In this document: piece by piece, positions 63,937 to 64,000 of the stretch
How the letters are laid out: the number at the start of each line of letters is the position of its first letter
How positions within the stretch are numbered: position 1 is the stretch's first letter
Assembly: GCA_963668315.1 (NCBI GenBank)
Contig: OY764216.1
Location: 192,001 to 256,000, forward strand
DNA from: Spirochaetia bacterium
GTDB taxonomy: Bacteria; Spirochaetota; Spirochaetia; DSM-2461
DNA length: 64,000 nucleotides
Reading direction: 5' to 3'
Notes under the pieces: generated by a model
The model's database searches: none
Told to the model about the DNA's origin: nothing
The model's input: the letters and a program-made list of their open reading frames with translations, nothing else
Made by a program: the position numbers and the translations under genes

Positions 63937-64000
63937 ATGCAAAATGTTCACACCACGGAAGAGAAACTTAACGCTCTCACCCATAATATCGGAGCGGGCC
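63937..64000 (+). CDS. Hemolysin III/PAQR family membrane protein, N-terminus only
   Basis: MQNVHTTEEKLNALTHNIGAG resembles the family start EE..N..TH..G. Confidence 0.6.
   Translation, partial: MQNVHTTEEKLNALTHNIGAG

Overview
A 64-kb chromosomal window from a spirochaete, most likely a free-living anaerobic Spirochaetales/Spirochaetaceae member. This is inferred from the 16S-tRNA-Ala-23S-5S layout, Treponema-type chemoreceptors, lipoprotein signals and an ODP/soluble-MCP pair. It carries housekeeping genes (pheST, hom, thrC, ppk1, a Re-citrate synthase-like enzyme, acylphosphatase), three sensor kinases, three chemoreceptors, several secreted or lipid-anchored surface proteins, a NifX/MinD-4Fe-4S/DUF134/SulP cluster and one complete rRNA operon. 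No transposase, integrase, prophage or cas gene was seen. The best signals are in intergenic DNA. (1) Two unannotated ribosome-mediated attenuators share one design: promoter, (near-)leaderless leader peptide, antiterminator strand at the stop codon, and intrinsic terminator. One has a 9-Phe leader before pheST; the other has an Ala-run leader before an AlaA/AlaT-like aminotransferase and is a candidate alanine-sensing attenuator. (2) An orphan minus-strand terminator with an adjacent anti-Shine-Dalgarno/anti-AUG tract suggests a base-pairing sRNA. (3) A 37-bp tandem array upstream of the rRNA promoters has hairpin loops carrying ACAAGGA. (4) One ATPase gene appears to start at CTG. All product calls come from motif recognition, not database searches.
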